From: Longimicrobiales bacterium
Lineage (GTDB): Bacteria; Gemmatimonadota; Gemmatimonadetes; Longimicrobiales; Gaopeijiaceae
Assembly: GCA_965249725.1 (NCBI GenBank)
Contig: CBDFMQ010000002.1
Coordinates: 1,888,001 to 1,952,000, forward strand
Reading direction: 5' to 3'
Length of the DNA stretch: 64,000 nt
In this document: positions 1-11,052 of the stretch, in pieces
Layout of the letters: each line of letters begins with the position of its first letter
Numbering within the stretch: the first letter of the stretch is position 1
The notes under the pieces: generated by a model
Databases searched by the model: none
The model's input: only the letters and a program-made list of their open reading frames with translations
What the model was told of the DNA's origin: nothing
Translations under genes and position numbers: made by a program

Positions 1-4
1 CGGG

Positions 5-1347
5 ATGCCGCTCAACCTGGAGGTCGGGCTGAATCCACGCGTGCTGGCGTTCACGGTCGGGACGACACTCGTCGCGGCGCTCTTCTTCGGCCTCGCTCCC
101 GGCCTGCATGCGACGCGCGTGCCGGTCGCCCCGACGCTGCGTGACGAGGGGGGCCACTCCGGCGGCCGAGCTAAAGCCAGGACCCGGGGCGTCCTGGTCG
201 CCGCCCAGATGACGCTGTCAACCGTCCTCATCGTTGCGACGGGGCTCTTTCTGAGGAGCCTCCAGGCTGCATCAGGAGTGGACGTCGGATTCTCGACCGA
301 ACCCGCGGGAGTCGTCACGGTCGGGACGTGGGCGAACCGATACGATGAAGAGCAGCAACGGGCGTTCGTGGAGCGCATGTTGGCCGACGGAGCCGCCCAG
401 CCGGGGATCTCGCAGATCGCTCTGACGACCCGGGTCCCCCTCGGGCTGGGTATGAGAAACAGAGGGCTGGACGTGCCGGGCGTCGATCCGCCGCTCGACG
501 CCGATTACCACATGCTCGAGGTGGCCGGCGTGAGCGCGGACTACTTCGCCACCATGGACATCCCGGTGATCTCGGGTCGGCCCTTCGGCCCCGAGGACAG
601 CGATGGCGCACCCCAGGTCGTCATCTTGAGCGAGGCCGCCCAGGCCAGGTTCTGGCCGGGCGAAGACGCCGTCGGTCGAGTCATCCACCCGGCCGGGCAG
701 CCCGAAGTGGACCTCACCGTGGTCGGGGTCGTGGCCAACGTGAAGATCTGGAATCTGGTCGAGCCCCCTCGGCCCTACCTCTATGTGCCCTTCGCCCAGG
801 CGACTAGCTCCACGTTCACGTTCATCGCCGAGGGCCTACCTCGGACGCAGCGTTGGCCGCGACCCTGAGCGCGACGGCCCGCAACCTCGATCCCGAGATC
901 TACCTCGAGTCCGTGGGGACGTTGGACAAGCACGTCTCGCTGAACTTCTATCTGCCTCGCTTGGCGGCCCTTCTCCTCGCCGGCCTCGGGTCCATTGCGC
1001 TCGTGCTGACATGCGTCGGCCTGTACGGCCTGGTCAGCTATGGCGCCGCCCGCCGAACCCGTGAGATCGGCATCCGACTCGCCTTGGGCGCGCCACGGGA
1101 CAGCCTCGTGAAGCTCGTCGTCCAGGGAGGACTGACGCTCGTGCTGGTGGGCGGCGGCGTAGGGATCGTCGCCGCTCTAGGCGTGAGCGGCCTGCTTCGT
1201 GGGTTCCTGATCGGCGTGGGACCGCTCGATCCTGTTGCCCTCCTGGGAGCGCCTCTCCTCTTGGGCGCCGTGGCGGCCCTGGCGGCGTACCTGCCCGCTC
1301 GACGGACCAGCCGGGTCGATCCCGTGGAGGCGCTCCGGAGCGAGTGA
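5..1347 (+). CDS. ABC transporter permease (MacB/FtsX, ADOP-like), 5'-partial, split by a frameshift near 835-850
   Basis: ORFs 5..868 and 853..1347 together give 'LVAAQMTLS..LFLRSL', 'GRPFGPED..VVILSE', 'GLYGLVSY..RRTREIGIRLALGA' and the C-terminal 'YLPARRTSRVDPVEALRSE'. Confidence 0.9.
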
Positions 1348-1401
1348 GGAGCCGACGGCCTACGCCTACCCCGCCCTCAGCATCCCGCCCCAGACCAGGG
1401 A

Positions 1402-3294
1402 CTAGGGACTGCCCAGGGCCGCTTCTTCTTGAGCGAAACGCTCCCTCATACCGCCGTGGATCCGCTCGAGGCCCGATCGGAAACGCGGAACCTCACGTAC
1501 ACCGTCGAACACGCCGGACGCCATAACTCGGAACTCGACTGCATTGTGTGACCAGGTGAACGCACGCTCCAACCACGTCAACGCCTGGTCGACATCTCCG
1601 ATCCAAGCGTAGAACGTGGCGATATCGCGATACGAAACCATCTCCGCGTGACTGGAGGGCACGGAGGTCTCGCCAAGAGAACTCTTCAACGAATCGACGG
1701 TCTGCATAGCCCCTGCCACGTCCCCTCGAGAGTGCCGACACATCGCCCGTAGACCAGGATACGAATCGCGTAGACCATCTCGGCAATCGTCGGGGCGACC
1801 GTCCAGGAGGCTGGCGATCGCTTCCAGAAAACGGGGCACGGCCAGCGTGGACTCGAGCGCGAGCGCCCGTTGGGTCTCCCGCACGACGAGGTCATAGCGC
1901 CGCGCGGCGATGGCGTCGAGCGCAAAGCCCACGCGTCTGCCGGGCGCCAAGGGATCGATCTCGATCGCGATAGTGGCCTCCGCCAACGCCTCTTCGTGCT
2001 GCTCCTCGCGCACCAGGTAATGAGCATACCATCCGTGCGCTTCGGCCGAGTTCGGGGTGAGTTCGAGCGCACGCAAAAAGTCCGCGGCCACTTCTTCCGG
2101 CGGGCCAAAAGCTTTCGTCCTCAGATACCCGCGTGTGGCATAGGCTTCGGCGGCCGAGCGGTCGAGTTCGATCGCCCGATTCGCCATGGCTAGGGCCCGG
2201 CCATAGAGCTGATATCCGTCCAGATCGGGGGGCCCGTATGTGATGGACAGACCGTATGAGCTCGCCAGCCCGGCATAAGCCAGGGCGTAGGTCGAATCCA
2301 GTACGACCGATCGTTCAAAGGAACGGATCGCCGCCAACAGCCCGGTGGCCGTCCGGGTATGCAACTGCGACTTCCCGGTCAGATAAGCCTCGTAGGCCAC
2401 GGGCTCCTCGGTCCGAGACGCCGCACTCGTGGGGCGAGGACCGCCGACCACGGTCGTGAGCGCCGAGGTCACCCTGATGGCGATATCCTCTTGCAGACTG
2501 AAGAGTTCGGCGAGCGGTCCATTGTATGAGTCCGCCCAGAGATGATTGTCGGTTTCCGCATGTATGAGCTGGGCCGTAACCCGAATCTGGTCGCCGAAGA
2601 CCTGGACCGAACCCTCCAGGATGTGCTGGACCCCAAGGGTGTCGGCGATCTGGGGAGTCGTGAGATTGCTGCCGCTGACAGCCTCGGCGGAGGTGCGGGA
2701 GATGACATGCAGGTCCGGAACCCGGGCGAGCTGGGCAGTGATCTCCTCGGTGATCCCCTCACTGAGGAACGCCATATCCTCCTGCCCGCCAATGTTGTCG
2801 AACGGCAGCACGGCGACGGAGGAGCCGCGTGAGGCACCAGCGGTCGAGGTGCTCTCTGCATCCCTACCCGAGGGCCACAGGTCGGTCGCGACCGCCAAGA
2901 CGGCGATCACCCCCAACCCGGCGAAGGCGAGAACGCCGCCCAGGATCGCATTCCGCCACGTGAATATGCGTTGGGCGCCGGCACGTGGTGGGGTTGCCGC
3001 CAAGCCCGATGCGTCCATCGGCTCACCAGTCCCCCCGGCAGCCCCCGACCCCGACGGATCGCCGTCCGCCGCAGTTCCGAGTCCTTCCTGGATGAACGCC
3101 GTCGCCGCCACGACGGGAAGCCCGATCAGGAGGAGGACCAGAGCGAACGGCGCAAGCCACCCCGGGAGTCCAGCGGTCTCGGAGATGCCCCCAATGGCCT
3201 CGAGCACGAGCCATGAGCCTCCGAGATAGATCCCCAGCACCTTCCAGATGGAGCGGCGGTAAATCTCGCGAATCAAATCTTCCAGGCCTGACAT
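1402..3294 (-). CDS. Membrane-anchored TolB_N-like/TPR repeat protein
   Basis: N-terminal TM helices, 'SVAVLPFDNIG..FLSEGITEEITAQLARVPDLHVISRTS' and a series of TPR-like repeats. Confidence 0.85.
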   Translation of the reverse strand: MSGLEDLIREIYRRSIWKVLGIYLGGSWLVLEAIGGISETAGLPGWLAPFALVLLLIGLPVVAATAFIQEGLGTAADGDPSGSGAAGGTGEPMDASGLAATPPRAGAQRIFTWRNAILGGVLAFAGLGVIAVLAVATDLWPSGRDAESTSTAGASRGSSVAVLPFDNIGGQEDMAFLSEGITEEITAQLARVPDLHVISRTSAEAVSGSNLTTPQIADTLGVQHILEGSVQVFGDQIRVTAQLIHAETDNHLWADSYNGPLAELFSLQEDIAIRVTSALTTVVGGPRPTSAASRTEEPVAYEAYLTGKSQLHTRTATGLLAAIRSFERSVVLDSTYALAYAGLASSYGLSITYGPPDLDGYQLYGRALAMANRAIELDRSAAEAYATRGYLRTKAFGPPEEVAADFLRALELTPNSAEAHGWYAHYLVREEQHEEALAEATIAIEIDPLAPGRRVGFALDAIAARRYDLVVRETQRALALESTLAVPRFLEAIASLLDGRPDDCRDGLRDSYPGLRAMCRHSRGDVAGAMQTVDSLKSSLGETSVPSSHAEMVSYRDIATFYAWIGDVDQALTWLERAFTWSHNAVEFRVMASGVFDGVREVPRFRSGLERIHGGMRERFAQEEAALGSP

Positions 3295-3382
3295 GGGTCG
3301 AACATGCGTGATGTCCGATCACGCATCAAGCTGGACGCAGATCCGGCTTGTCCCCGGCCGGGGACCCACCTACCGTGCCATC

Positions 3383-3760
3383 ATGAAACCCGAACACGCC
3401 TTCGCCATCGGAGCCTACGACTACTTCGCCGCTTATACGTTCGGTGTCGTGGCAGCCACGTCGGCCTGGTTCGTGGTCCCCGCCCTGCTTCCCATGCCTC
3501 TGGCGATGGTCGTCGGGATGGCGGTCGGCGTCGTATCCGTGTTCCCGTTGTTCGGCTTCTTCTCCTACGTCCTGGGGGGATTCGAGATCATCGTGATGTC
3601 GATGCAGATCGCGATGGTCACCGGCATGGTCGGCGTCATGATGGGAGACGGCACGATCATACCGGTGGTCGTGGCAGGCGGCGGGACCGGGCTGGCGATC
3701 CAGTTCATCCTCGACGTGGCCAACCGCCGGATGCGCGGCGAGGTGATCCACAATGACTGA
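3383..3760 (+). CDS. Small integral membrane protein
   Basis: ATG at 3383, about four hydrophobic segments, overlaps the start of the next gene. Confidence 0.7.
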   Translation: MKPEHAFAIGAYDYFAAYTFGVVAATSAWFVVPALLPMPLAMVVGMAVGVVSVFPLFGFFSYVLGGFEIIVMSMQIAMVTGMVGVMMGDGTIIPVVVAGGGTGLAIQFILDVANRRMRGEVIHND

Positions 3761-4367
3761 GCACGCCATCCAGAAGTGGAACAAGGCGGCCAAGATGCTC
3801 GACGCCGGCAAGCGCGGTGAGGAGACCCGCTACGGCGTCTTCAAGCGGCATCTCTTCGAGAAATCTCGGGGCAAGACTCTACTGGTGGCCGCCGGAACGG
3901 GCGTCGACTTCAAGTACTTCCCCGCCGACATCGAGCTGACGGCGATCGACTTCTCGCCGGTCATGCTCGAGCACGCCGCCGAGAAGGTCGACGAGTGCGC
4001 TGCACCGCTGACCCTGCTCGAGGCTGACGTGACGGACCTGGACTTCCCCGACGGTCACTTCGATACCGTCGTCACGTCCTGCACCTTCTGCTCCGTCCCC
4101 GACCCCATCAAGGGACTGAAGGAGCTACGCCGGGTTCTGAAGGACGACGGGGCCATGCTCATGTTCGAGCATGTGCGTCCGACCAACCCCTACCTCGGCT
4201 TCGTGATGGACCGAATGAACCCGTTGGTCGCCAAGGTCGGCCCCGACATCAATCAACGAACCGCCGACAACGTGCGGGCGGCGGGGTTCCGGCTGACACG
4301 CGAGTTCAACGTATATCTGGACATGGTGAAGCTGTTCGAGGCTAGAAACGCTGAAACGGCTTCTTGA
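3753..4367 (+). CDS. Class I SAM-dependent methyltransferase
   Basis: 'LLVAAGTG', 'AIDFSPVML', 'FDTVVTSCTFCSVPDP..LKELRRVLK..FEH'. Confidence 0.9.
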   Translation: MTEHAIQKWNKAAKMLDAGKRGEETRYGVFKRHLFEKSRGKTLLVAAGTGVDFKYFPADIELTAIDFSPVMLEHAAEKVDECAAPLTLLEADVTDLDFPDGHFDTVVTSCTFCSVPDPIKGLKELRRVLKDDGAMLMFEHVRPTNPYLGFVMDRMNPLVAKVGPDINQRTADNVRAAGFRLTREFNVYLDMVKLFEARNAETAS

Positions 4368-4390
4368 GAGACCGCTGATGGGAGGTGCGA

Positions 4391-5506
4391 ATGGCTAGGG
4401 TCCGGGTGCTGGTAGGAACGCGGAAGGGCGCGTTCGTCATAACCTCCGACGAGGCGAGACGGGACTGGACGATCGAGGGGCCCCATTTCGGGGGGTGGGA
4501 GGTGATGCACGTTCAGGCGTCTCCCGTCGACCCCGATCGGCTCTATGCCTCACAATGGACCGACTGGCACGGCCAGGTCGTACAGAGGTCCGACGACGGA
4601 GGAACGTCCTGGGAGCCCGTCGGGAACGAGTTCGCGTACGCCGGCGAGACCGGCACGCATCAGTGGTACGACGGCACGCCCCATCCGTGGGAGTTCAAGC
4701 GCGTGTGGCACCTGAAGCCGTCGCCGGACGATCCCGACACCGTATACGCCGGCGTTGAGGACGCGGCCCTGTTCCGATCGAGCGACGGCGGTCACACCTG
4801 GACCGAGCTTGCCGGCCTACGGACCCATTCGACGGGGCAGGACTGGGGGCCCGGGGCGGGCGGTATGTGTCTGCACACCATCCTCATCGACCCCGCCAAC
4901 GTGCAGCGCCTCTATGTGGCCATATCCGCTGCGGGTGCCTTCCGGAGCGACGACGCCGGCGAGTCGTGGAACGTGGCCACCGGAGGGCTGAACTCGGTCT
5001 ACCTTCCCGACCCCGGGGCGGCCGTCGGTCACTGTGTCCATAAGCTCGCCATCCACCCGACTCGTCCCGACACGGTGTTCATGCAAAAGCACTGGGACGT
5101 CTGCCGCAGCGACGACGCAGGTGAGTCCTGGACCGAGGTGAGCGGTAACCTGCCGTCCGATTTCGGATTCCCGATCGCCGTGCACGCGCACGAGCCAGAG
5201 ACCATCTACGTCGTGCCGATCCTCAGCGACACTGAGCACTATCCCCCCGAGGGCAAGCTCCGCGTATACCGCAGCCGTACCGGGGGGAACGACTGGGAGG
5301 CGCTGACCGACGGGCTCCCGCAACAGCACTGCTACGCGGACATCCTACGGGACGCCCTGGCGGTGGACTCGCTCGACTCGTGCGGAGTCTACTTCGGCAC
5401 CACGGGCGGGCAGGTATACGCGTCGGCCGACGAAGGCGATACCTGGACGACGATCGCGGACCACCTGCCGAGGATATCCTCGGTGGAGGTGCAGACGATC
5501 CCGTGA
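4391..5506 (+). CDS. BNR/Asp-box beta-propeller (exo-alpha-sialidase-like) protein
   Basis: Repeated SxDGGxTW Asp-boxes; '[10 protein letters not shown]' N-terminus; GGAGG RBS before ATG 4391. Confidence 0.88.
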   Translation: MARVRVLVGTRKGAFVITSDEARRDWTIEGPHFGGWEVMHVQASPVDPDRLYASQWTDWHGQVVQRSDDGGTSWEPVGNEFAYAGETGTHQWYDGTPHPWEFKRVWHLKPSPDDPDTVYAGVEDAALFRSSDGGHTWTELAGLRTHSTGQDWGPGAGGMCLHTILIDPANVQRLYVAISAAGAFRSDDAGESWNVATGGLNSVYLPDPGAAVGHCVHKLAIHPTRPDTVFMQKHWDVCRSDDAGESWTEVSGNLPSDFGFPIAVHAHEPETIYVVPILSDTEHYPPEGKLRVYRSRTGGNDWEALTDGLPQQHCYADILRDALAVDSLDSCGVYFGTTGGQVYASADEGDTWTTIADHLPRISSVEVQTIP

Positions 5507-5805
5507 CCGAGATCAGGGTCGCCCTGCCCCGGCACCTGCGCACGTTGGCTCGGGTCGAGGGGGAGCTTCAGCTCGGGGTCGACGACCCGGTCACGATCAC
5601 CACCGTGATGGACGCGCTGGAAGCGCGCTACCCGATGCTGCGCGGAACGATCAGAGACCACCGAAGCGAGGCCCGCCGTGCGTACATGCGGTTCTTCGCC
5701 TGCGGACGGGACCTCTCGCACGACCGGCCCGACGAGCCGCTGCCAGACTGCGTAACGTCCGGGGCGGACGTGCTGTGCGTGGTAGGCGCGATCTCGGGGG
5801 GGTGA
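5503..5805 (+). CDS. MoaD/ThiS family ubiquitin-like protein
   Basis: GTG start overlaps the upstream stop; '[14 protein letters not shown]' and a C-terminal 'AISGG' diglycine. Confidence 0.88.
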   Translation: MTEIRVALPRHLRTLARVEGELQLGVDDPVTITTVMDALEARYPMLRGTIRDHRSEARRAYMRFFACGRDLSHDRPDEPLPDCVTSGADVLCVVGAISGG

Positions 5806-5817
5806 GGCGGGCGGAGG

Positions 5818-6234
5818 CTACTCGGCCCCGAACAGCAGCACACCTTCCGCCTCCGCCGCGGCCGCAAGCCTCCGATCGAGGGTCGCCAACGGCACCCCCA
5901 GGCGCCCGCCGAGCTCAAGGTAGGCTGCATCGTAGGAGGTCAGACTATAGGCCTGCGCAAGACGTCGTGTCTCTCCGAACGCGCGCCTCCTCTCGGCGGG
6001 GTCCATCGCAAGTGGGAGCGACAACAGGAAACGAGTGAACTTAGTGGCGGTCGCGGAGTCGATCCGACTCCTGCGCTCTGCGACCAGCAGCCCGTTCGTC
6101 ACCTCCAGCGTCCAAAGCGTGGGGACGACCGCCTCCAGCGTGCGAAGTGCGTGGAGGACCTGGAGCGCGTACTCGCTACCCTCATCCTCGAAGCACCACG
6201 ACAGAGCCACGGAGGCGTCGAGGACCAGATTCAC
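5818..6234 (-). CDS. vapC: PIN-domain toxin (VapC family)
   Basis: 'LVLDASVALSW', 'LTSYDAAYLEL', 'LATLDRRL'. Confidence 0.9.
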   Translation of the reverse strand: MNLVLDASVALSWCFEDEGSEYALQVLHALRTLEAVVPTLWTLEVTNGLLVAERRSRIDSATATKFTRFLLSLPLAMDPAERRRAFGETRRLAQAYSLTSYDAAYLELGGRLGVPLATLDRRLAAAAEAEGVLLFGAE

Positions 6235-6473
6235 CGACGCCCCTCGTCGATCAGAGCCCGCACCGTGAGGTCGGGCCCCAGCGTGCGGCCGCGTCGCAGC
6301 GCCACGATGCCGTCCACGGCCTCGTCCACCGTGTGCTCGACCGCCCCTGCCGCGGGGATCAGTTGGGCCACCGGCCGGCCGTGCCGGGTGATGGTAATGC
6401 GCTCCCCGAGTTCGACGCGGTCCAGTAGCTCCGCGAGATGCGTCTTAACGTGATATGCGCCAACGTCAGGCAT
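6231..6473 (-). CDS. Phd/YefM antitoxin
   Basis: 'KTHLAELLDRVELGERITITRHGRPVAQL'; 4-nt overlap with vapC. Confidence 0.9.
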   Translation of the reverse strand: MPDVGAYHVKTHLAELLDRVELGERITITRHGRPVAQLIPAAGAVEHTVDEAVDGIVALRRGRTLGPDLTVRALIDEGRR

Positions 6474-6584
6474 GGGGGTGAACTCCTAAAACAAACAAGA
6501 CCAGCCTAAGACCAGTCTAGGCCATTCGTGCTGCAACTGCAACACGCCCCGCTAGATACGCCGCGGGTGGGGTGTTACCCGGCT

Positions 6585-7349
6585 CTATCGGGGGGGCCTA
6601 TTTGCCTCCTCCTTGAGCTTCTTCTCCAACTCGGCCTTCATCTCGAGCGCCTGTTCCTGCTCGGCAGACTCCAGGGGATGCACGGCCGGACGTTGGAGGA
6701 CGTGCTCCAGTTCCTGCAACGCGAGCTCGGCCCGATCGGTGTCCGCGTAGAGGGCGGCGAGCTGGAGGTGGTGCCCCAAGACGTCCGGGGCCCGTTCTTC
6801 CGCGAACACGAGATGTTCCTCTGCCGCTTCCCAGGTCGGCTTCTCGCGCTCGCCTCCTCCCATGAGATTCTGCGCGATCCACTGCGTGAGTTCGTTCGAT
6901 CGGAGCAGGCCCGCATAGAGTCGTCCCAGCAGGTGACGGGCTCCGGCGTGCTCGGGATCGAGCGCTAGAACCGCGTCGACTTCCCGATTGAACTCCGCGC
7001 CGATCTGCACCTTGGTGAACCCGACCTCGACGTCTGCTCGGCTCCCGAGGACAGCAGCTAGCCCGAAGCGCCGTCCCGTATCGTCCGCATGGCCTTCAAG
7101 GGCCGCACGAGCATGGGCCTCAGCCCGCTCGAGAAGGGCTCTTGTTGCGTCTTCGGTGGCTGCGGCACCGGACTCCTCTACGAGCATCCACACCGAGTCC
7201 GGCACACCCTCGACCGCCCAGACGGGGCGGTCCGTACTCGTGAGAGGCACTCCCTGGGCAGAGAGGGTGCCCACGGCGGGGATCGACATGAGGATCACCC
7301 GAGGGATCACGGAGAGGATCGCTGAGAGCGCGGATTTAGACATAGTCAT
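6585..7349 (-). CDS. Secreted TPR-like hypothetical protein (start uncertain)
   Basis: Signal-peptide-like N-terminus; 'LALDPEHAGARHLLGRLY' TPR-like motif. Confidence 0.65.
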   Translation of the reverse strand: MTMSKSALSAILSVIPRVILMSIPAVGTLSAQGVPLTSTDRPVWAVEGVPDSVWMLVEESGAAATEDATRALLERAEAHARAALEGHADDTGRRFGLAAVLGSRADVEVGFTKVQIGAEFNREVDAVLALDPEHAGARHLLGRLYAGLLRSNELTQWIAQNLMGGGEREKPTWEAAEEHLVFAEERAPDVLGHHLQLAALYADTDRAELALQELEHVLQRPAVHPLESAEQEQALEMKAELEKKLKEEANRPPR

Positions 7350-7569
7350 GTAATAAGAGACAAGAGCCCCCCGATGTGAACACACCCGAGACGCCGGGCC
7401 GGGCCAACCGCGAGCCGCGCACGCGTGTTCGTGGGGTTGGATCACGTCCACCTCATCCGAGGCGAAACCGGACGGTTGGCCTCACATCTCGCGAGTCGTG
7501 GGCGGCGTGTGCTCCCCGACGAGCTAGGCGTCGGGGAGCAGCCGTCGTATCAGGTTACGAACAGCGACG

Positions 7570-8316
7570 CTAGTTGGTCACCGCCGGGTTGTTCCACATG
7601 TAATCCGTATGCGTGCGGCAAATGTCGTAGAACTCCTGGAACGCGATCGGATCGATCTCGGTGGCCTCTCCGTAAATAGCCCCCTGCATCTCGAGCAGCG
7701 TGGTATGGTCCGGGCCACTCATGGTCTCCAGCCGTCTGAACACACCACCGGCGCGATGCCCGTAGTAGCCGTACGAAGCGAGGTGCCCGGCATCGATGTG
7801 CTTCTGGTACAGGGGGGCCAGCAGCTCGGTGAAGATCTCGTCGGCACGAGTTTCCCTGGTCCGCTCGCACATGTGGTACGCGGAAAGCGAGGCGGCGCCG
7901 AACACGTCGGGGTTGTTTGTCGACAGGTCGAGCCCGTTCCAGATGTAATCGTCGTGCCCTGGGCAGGCTGACAGAAACTCGGCCATCTCATCGGCGTTGC
8001 TCTCGCCGAGCTCAGCGGTGATGCTCGCCCTAGCCCCCATCATCTGACCCATGTCGGTCCCGGTGAGGGCCCAAACGCGTCTCCAGGAGCCGCCCTGTTC
8101 GTGAGCGAGCCACAGCGCGCCAGTCAGGTGACCCGCGTCGACATGCTTCTGCACGATCGGAGCGACCACGCGCTCCATCACGGCGTCAGCCTGCGTCTCC
8201 AGGGCTTGGCTGCATCGATAGTAGATGCCGAAGACAAGGCCCGGGTCGTCCTGGGCGCTGGCGTTTGGCGCGAGGATGAACAGGCCGGCAGCGAGGGCGA
8301 TTCTTATCCGCTTCAT
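7570..8316 (-). CDS. Secreted hypothetical protein with an internal two-fold repeat
   Basis: AGGAGG RBS then MKRIRIALAAG signal peptide; two halves each with 'ADxxx..APxxQKHxDAGHL..H..GG..RR..C..HxDYxWN'. Confidence 0.8.
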   Translation of the reverse strand: MKRIRIALAAGLFILAPNASAQDDPGLVFGIYYRCSQALETQADAVMERVVAPIVQKHVDAGHLTGALWLAHEQGGSWRRVWALTGTDMGQMMGARASITAELGESNADEMAEFLSACPGHDDYIWNGLDLSTNNPDVFGAASLSAYHMCERTRETRADEIFTELLAPLYQKHIDAGHLASYGYYGHRAGGVFRRLETMSGPDHTTLLEMQGAIYGEATEIDPIAFQEFYDICRTHTDYMWNNPAVTN

Positions 8317-8618
8317 TGGACCTCCTGGTGCGGGAAAAGAGCGGGCGGAGAGTATAGAGGGTCGAAAAGGGCGGCGCGAGCAGGCTGTACACAGGGATGA
8401 GGATGGCGTCTGCGGATTCGCCCTACTACCGGCGGACCGTGACGCGTAGTCGGGGCGAGTGCTAGCCGACGACCGCGACTGGACGCCGGTCATGATCCGA
8501 CACGTGGAGAGCCGGGCCGGGTCGGCCCTTCATGATCTTGGCGACGAATGGCGATGTCATGGCTCTGAGTAGAGCGCCGTAGTTGACGTCGAATGGCACC
8601 TCGGTGCCGATGGACAGT

Positions 8619-9907
8619 CTAGTCCGCGGGCCGTAACTCCCTCAGGTCCCCTCCCGACGGCTCCTGGAAGGCCTGGAGTCCGAATTCGGGGAGGCTCGCA
8701 ATGAGGTGGTCCAGGATGTCGGCCTGCAGTCCCTCGTAGTTGCCCCAATCCGTGTCGTTCGAGAAGCAATAGATCTCCAAGGGCAATCCCTGGGCCCCGG
8801 GCTCGAGCTGACGCACCAGGAGCGTCATCTCGTCGTCGACCATGGCGTGGTTGCGCAAATAGTGGCGTACATACGCGCGGTAAGTGCCCACATTCGTGAG
8901 GCGTCGTGGGTCAGGCATGACGCCGTCGCTGACCTCACGGGCGTTGGCAACTTTCAGTTCGCTCTGCTTGGCCTGCAGGTACTCGTGCAGGAACTCGAAG
9001 CGCGACAACCGGGCGATCTCTTCGTCGGACAGGAAGTGAATGGAGTTCAGGTCCAGGTGGATCGCGCGCTTGATGCGCCGGCCGCCGGCCTCGGTCATTC
9101 CCCGCCAGTTCTTGAACGACTCGGAGATGAACTTGTGGGTGGGGATGGTGGAGATGGTCTTGTCCCAGTTCTGGATCTTCACCGTGTGAAGCGCAATGTC
9201 GATGACGTCACCATCGGCGTTGGCCTGGGGCATCTCCACCCAATCACCGATGCTGATCATGTTGTTGGACATGATCTGGACACTCGCCACCAGGGAGAGG
9301 ATCGTATCCTTGAAGACCAGCATCAGTATCGCGTGAGAGCTCCGAGGCCCGACAGGAAGACCACCGGATTGAGACCCGCCAGCACAGACACCACCAGAAT
9401 GCCCGCGACCACATAGAGGAAGAGGCTGACCACCTGCAAGTAGCCCTTGATTGGGCGGTTCCTGGCCTCGGCGTATGTCTCGGAGTAGATGTCGTTCAGG
9501 GCGTTGAGCAGACCCCCGGCGACCAAAGTGAGGGCGATCACCACCCAGGCTAGGGATACGCGGCGCACGAGAACCGCACCGGCGAGCGCGTATCCGTCCC
9601 AGCTCGTCGCTTGTAGATCGGCCGCCAAGGCGTCAGCCAGTGTGTCGGGACCGACGCCGAGTGCCCATCCGATTCCAGCGTAGGTGATCAGCGCGGGTGC
9701 AACGCTGGCCAGTTTGTGGAAGACCCGCCGTTCGATGAGGCGATCATCCCACGTAGACTGGGTTCTTTGGGCCACGCGGTGAACCAGCCCCAGGAACACG
9801 CGGCGGGCCACGACGTGGGTGAGCCACGCCAGGAGGATGAGCACCGACACCCCACCGACAGCCCGAAGCCAGTCGTTTCCAGCTATGCTCGAAAGGAGAT
9901 TCTGCAC
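8619..9907 (-). CDS. Small-conductance mechanosensitive channel (YbdG/MscM-like), frameshifted near 9330
   Basis: 'IKGYLQV..LSGLGALT' followed by 'MLVFKDTILSLVASVQI..IGDWVEMP..DGDVIDIALHTVKIQNWDKTI'. Confidence 0.88.
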
Positions 9908-9916
9908 GCTACGCGA

Positions 9917-10984
9917 TCAGTTCCGCACGTCAGGCGGGTCAACGATTGCGTCTGATCCACCCTGCAACACCAACGTTCGGATCGGGAACGGAATCTCGAT
10001 TCCTTCCTCGGCGAAACGCTGGTGCAGCCGCTTGATGAACTCGTGTTTCACCGGCCCCTGACTCTCGAACTCACGCACCATCATCCGCACATCGAAGTTG
10101 ATGCTCGAATCGGCAAAGGTGTGGTAGCGGACGATGGGATCTTCGCCCGGCATGCCACCATCCACCGCACTCAGCACTTGTCTGGACACATCCAAGGCGA
10201 CGGCTTCGACATGAGCCAGGTCGCTGTCGTAGCTAACACCGACCTCGACCGTGACCCATAGCGCTCGCTTGGGCATCGAGAAGTTCTTCACGATGGAGGA
10301 TGCAAGTACGGCATTGGGCACGTTGACGAGGTTGCCGTCCGGGAAGGTTTGGATGGTCGTGCTTCGGCCCTTCACGTCGGTCACCCACCCCTCCTCCCCC
10401 GAAGACAGTTGGATGTAGTCGCGCTGACGAACCTGCTTGGACAGGATGATCTGTACTCCGGCAAAGAGGTTTCCCAGCGTGTCCTGGAGCGCTAGTGCGA
10501 CCGCTATTCCTCCGATACCCGCCGCGGTGATCAGCGCGGTGATGTCGATTCCGAGGTTCTGGAGAATGATGAACAACCCCAGGACGCCGACGGCGAGCCG
10601 AGCGAGATTGACGACCAACGTCGGCGACTTGATCGCGCCGCCCGCTCGGCCCGACAGCATCTCGACTCCACCGCCTACCGCCCTCATCGAGGCGATCACC
10701 GCGACGCCGAGCACGAGGACCATGAGCAAACTGCGCACGGTACTCACCAAGAGCGGGTCCGGTGTGCCGACGTTGAGCGCAAGGTAGACGCCGCCTGCAC
10801 CCGACCAGGCGGTCGCCACGCCACGGAGCGAGTTGACGACCACGTCGTCCCACTTGAAGCGGGTTCGCTCGGCGAGTTTGTGGGCGCGTCGCACGACCAC
10901 GAACTCCAGCACGATACCCAGCAAAAGGCCGCCGACTACGAATGCGACCCGTTGAACCCATTGGTTGTCGAGGAGTGCGGTCAT
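9917..10984 (-). CDS. mscS: MscS family mechanosensitive channel
   Basis: 'GIGGIAVALALQDTLGNLFAG', 'VGVSYDSDL', 'EGIEIPFP'. Confidence 0.9.
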   Translation of the reverse strand: MTALLDNQWVQRVAFVVGGLLLGIVLEFVVVRRAHKLAERTRFKWDDVVVNSLRGVATAWSGAGGVYLALNVGTPDPLLVSTVRSLLMVLVLGVAVIASMRAVGGGVEMLSGRAGGAIKSPTLVVNLARLAVGVLGLFIILQNLGIDITALITAAGIGGIAVALALQDTLGNLFAGVQIILSKQVRQRDYIQLSSGEEGWVTDVKGRSTTIQTFPDGNLVNVPNAVLASSIVKNFSMPKRALWVTVEVGVSYDSDLAHVEAVALDVSRQVLSAVDGGMPGEDPIVRYHTFADSSINFDVRMMVREFESQGPVKHEFIKRLHQRFAEEGIEIPFPIRTLVLQGGSDAIVDPPDVRN

Positions 10985-11052
10985 CTCTCTCCGCTAGCCC
11001 AACAGATCGAACGGTCTGCGGGTGAGAGGCGGAGGATGTCCGTCGGGAGAGC

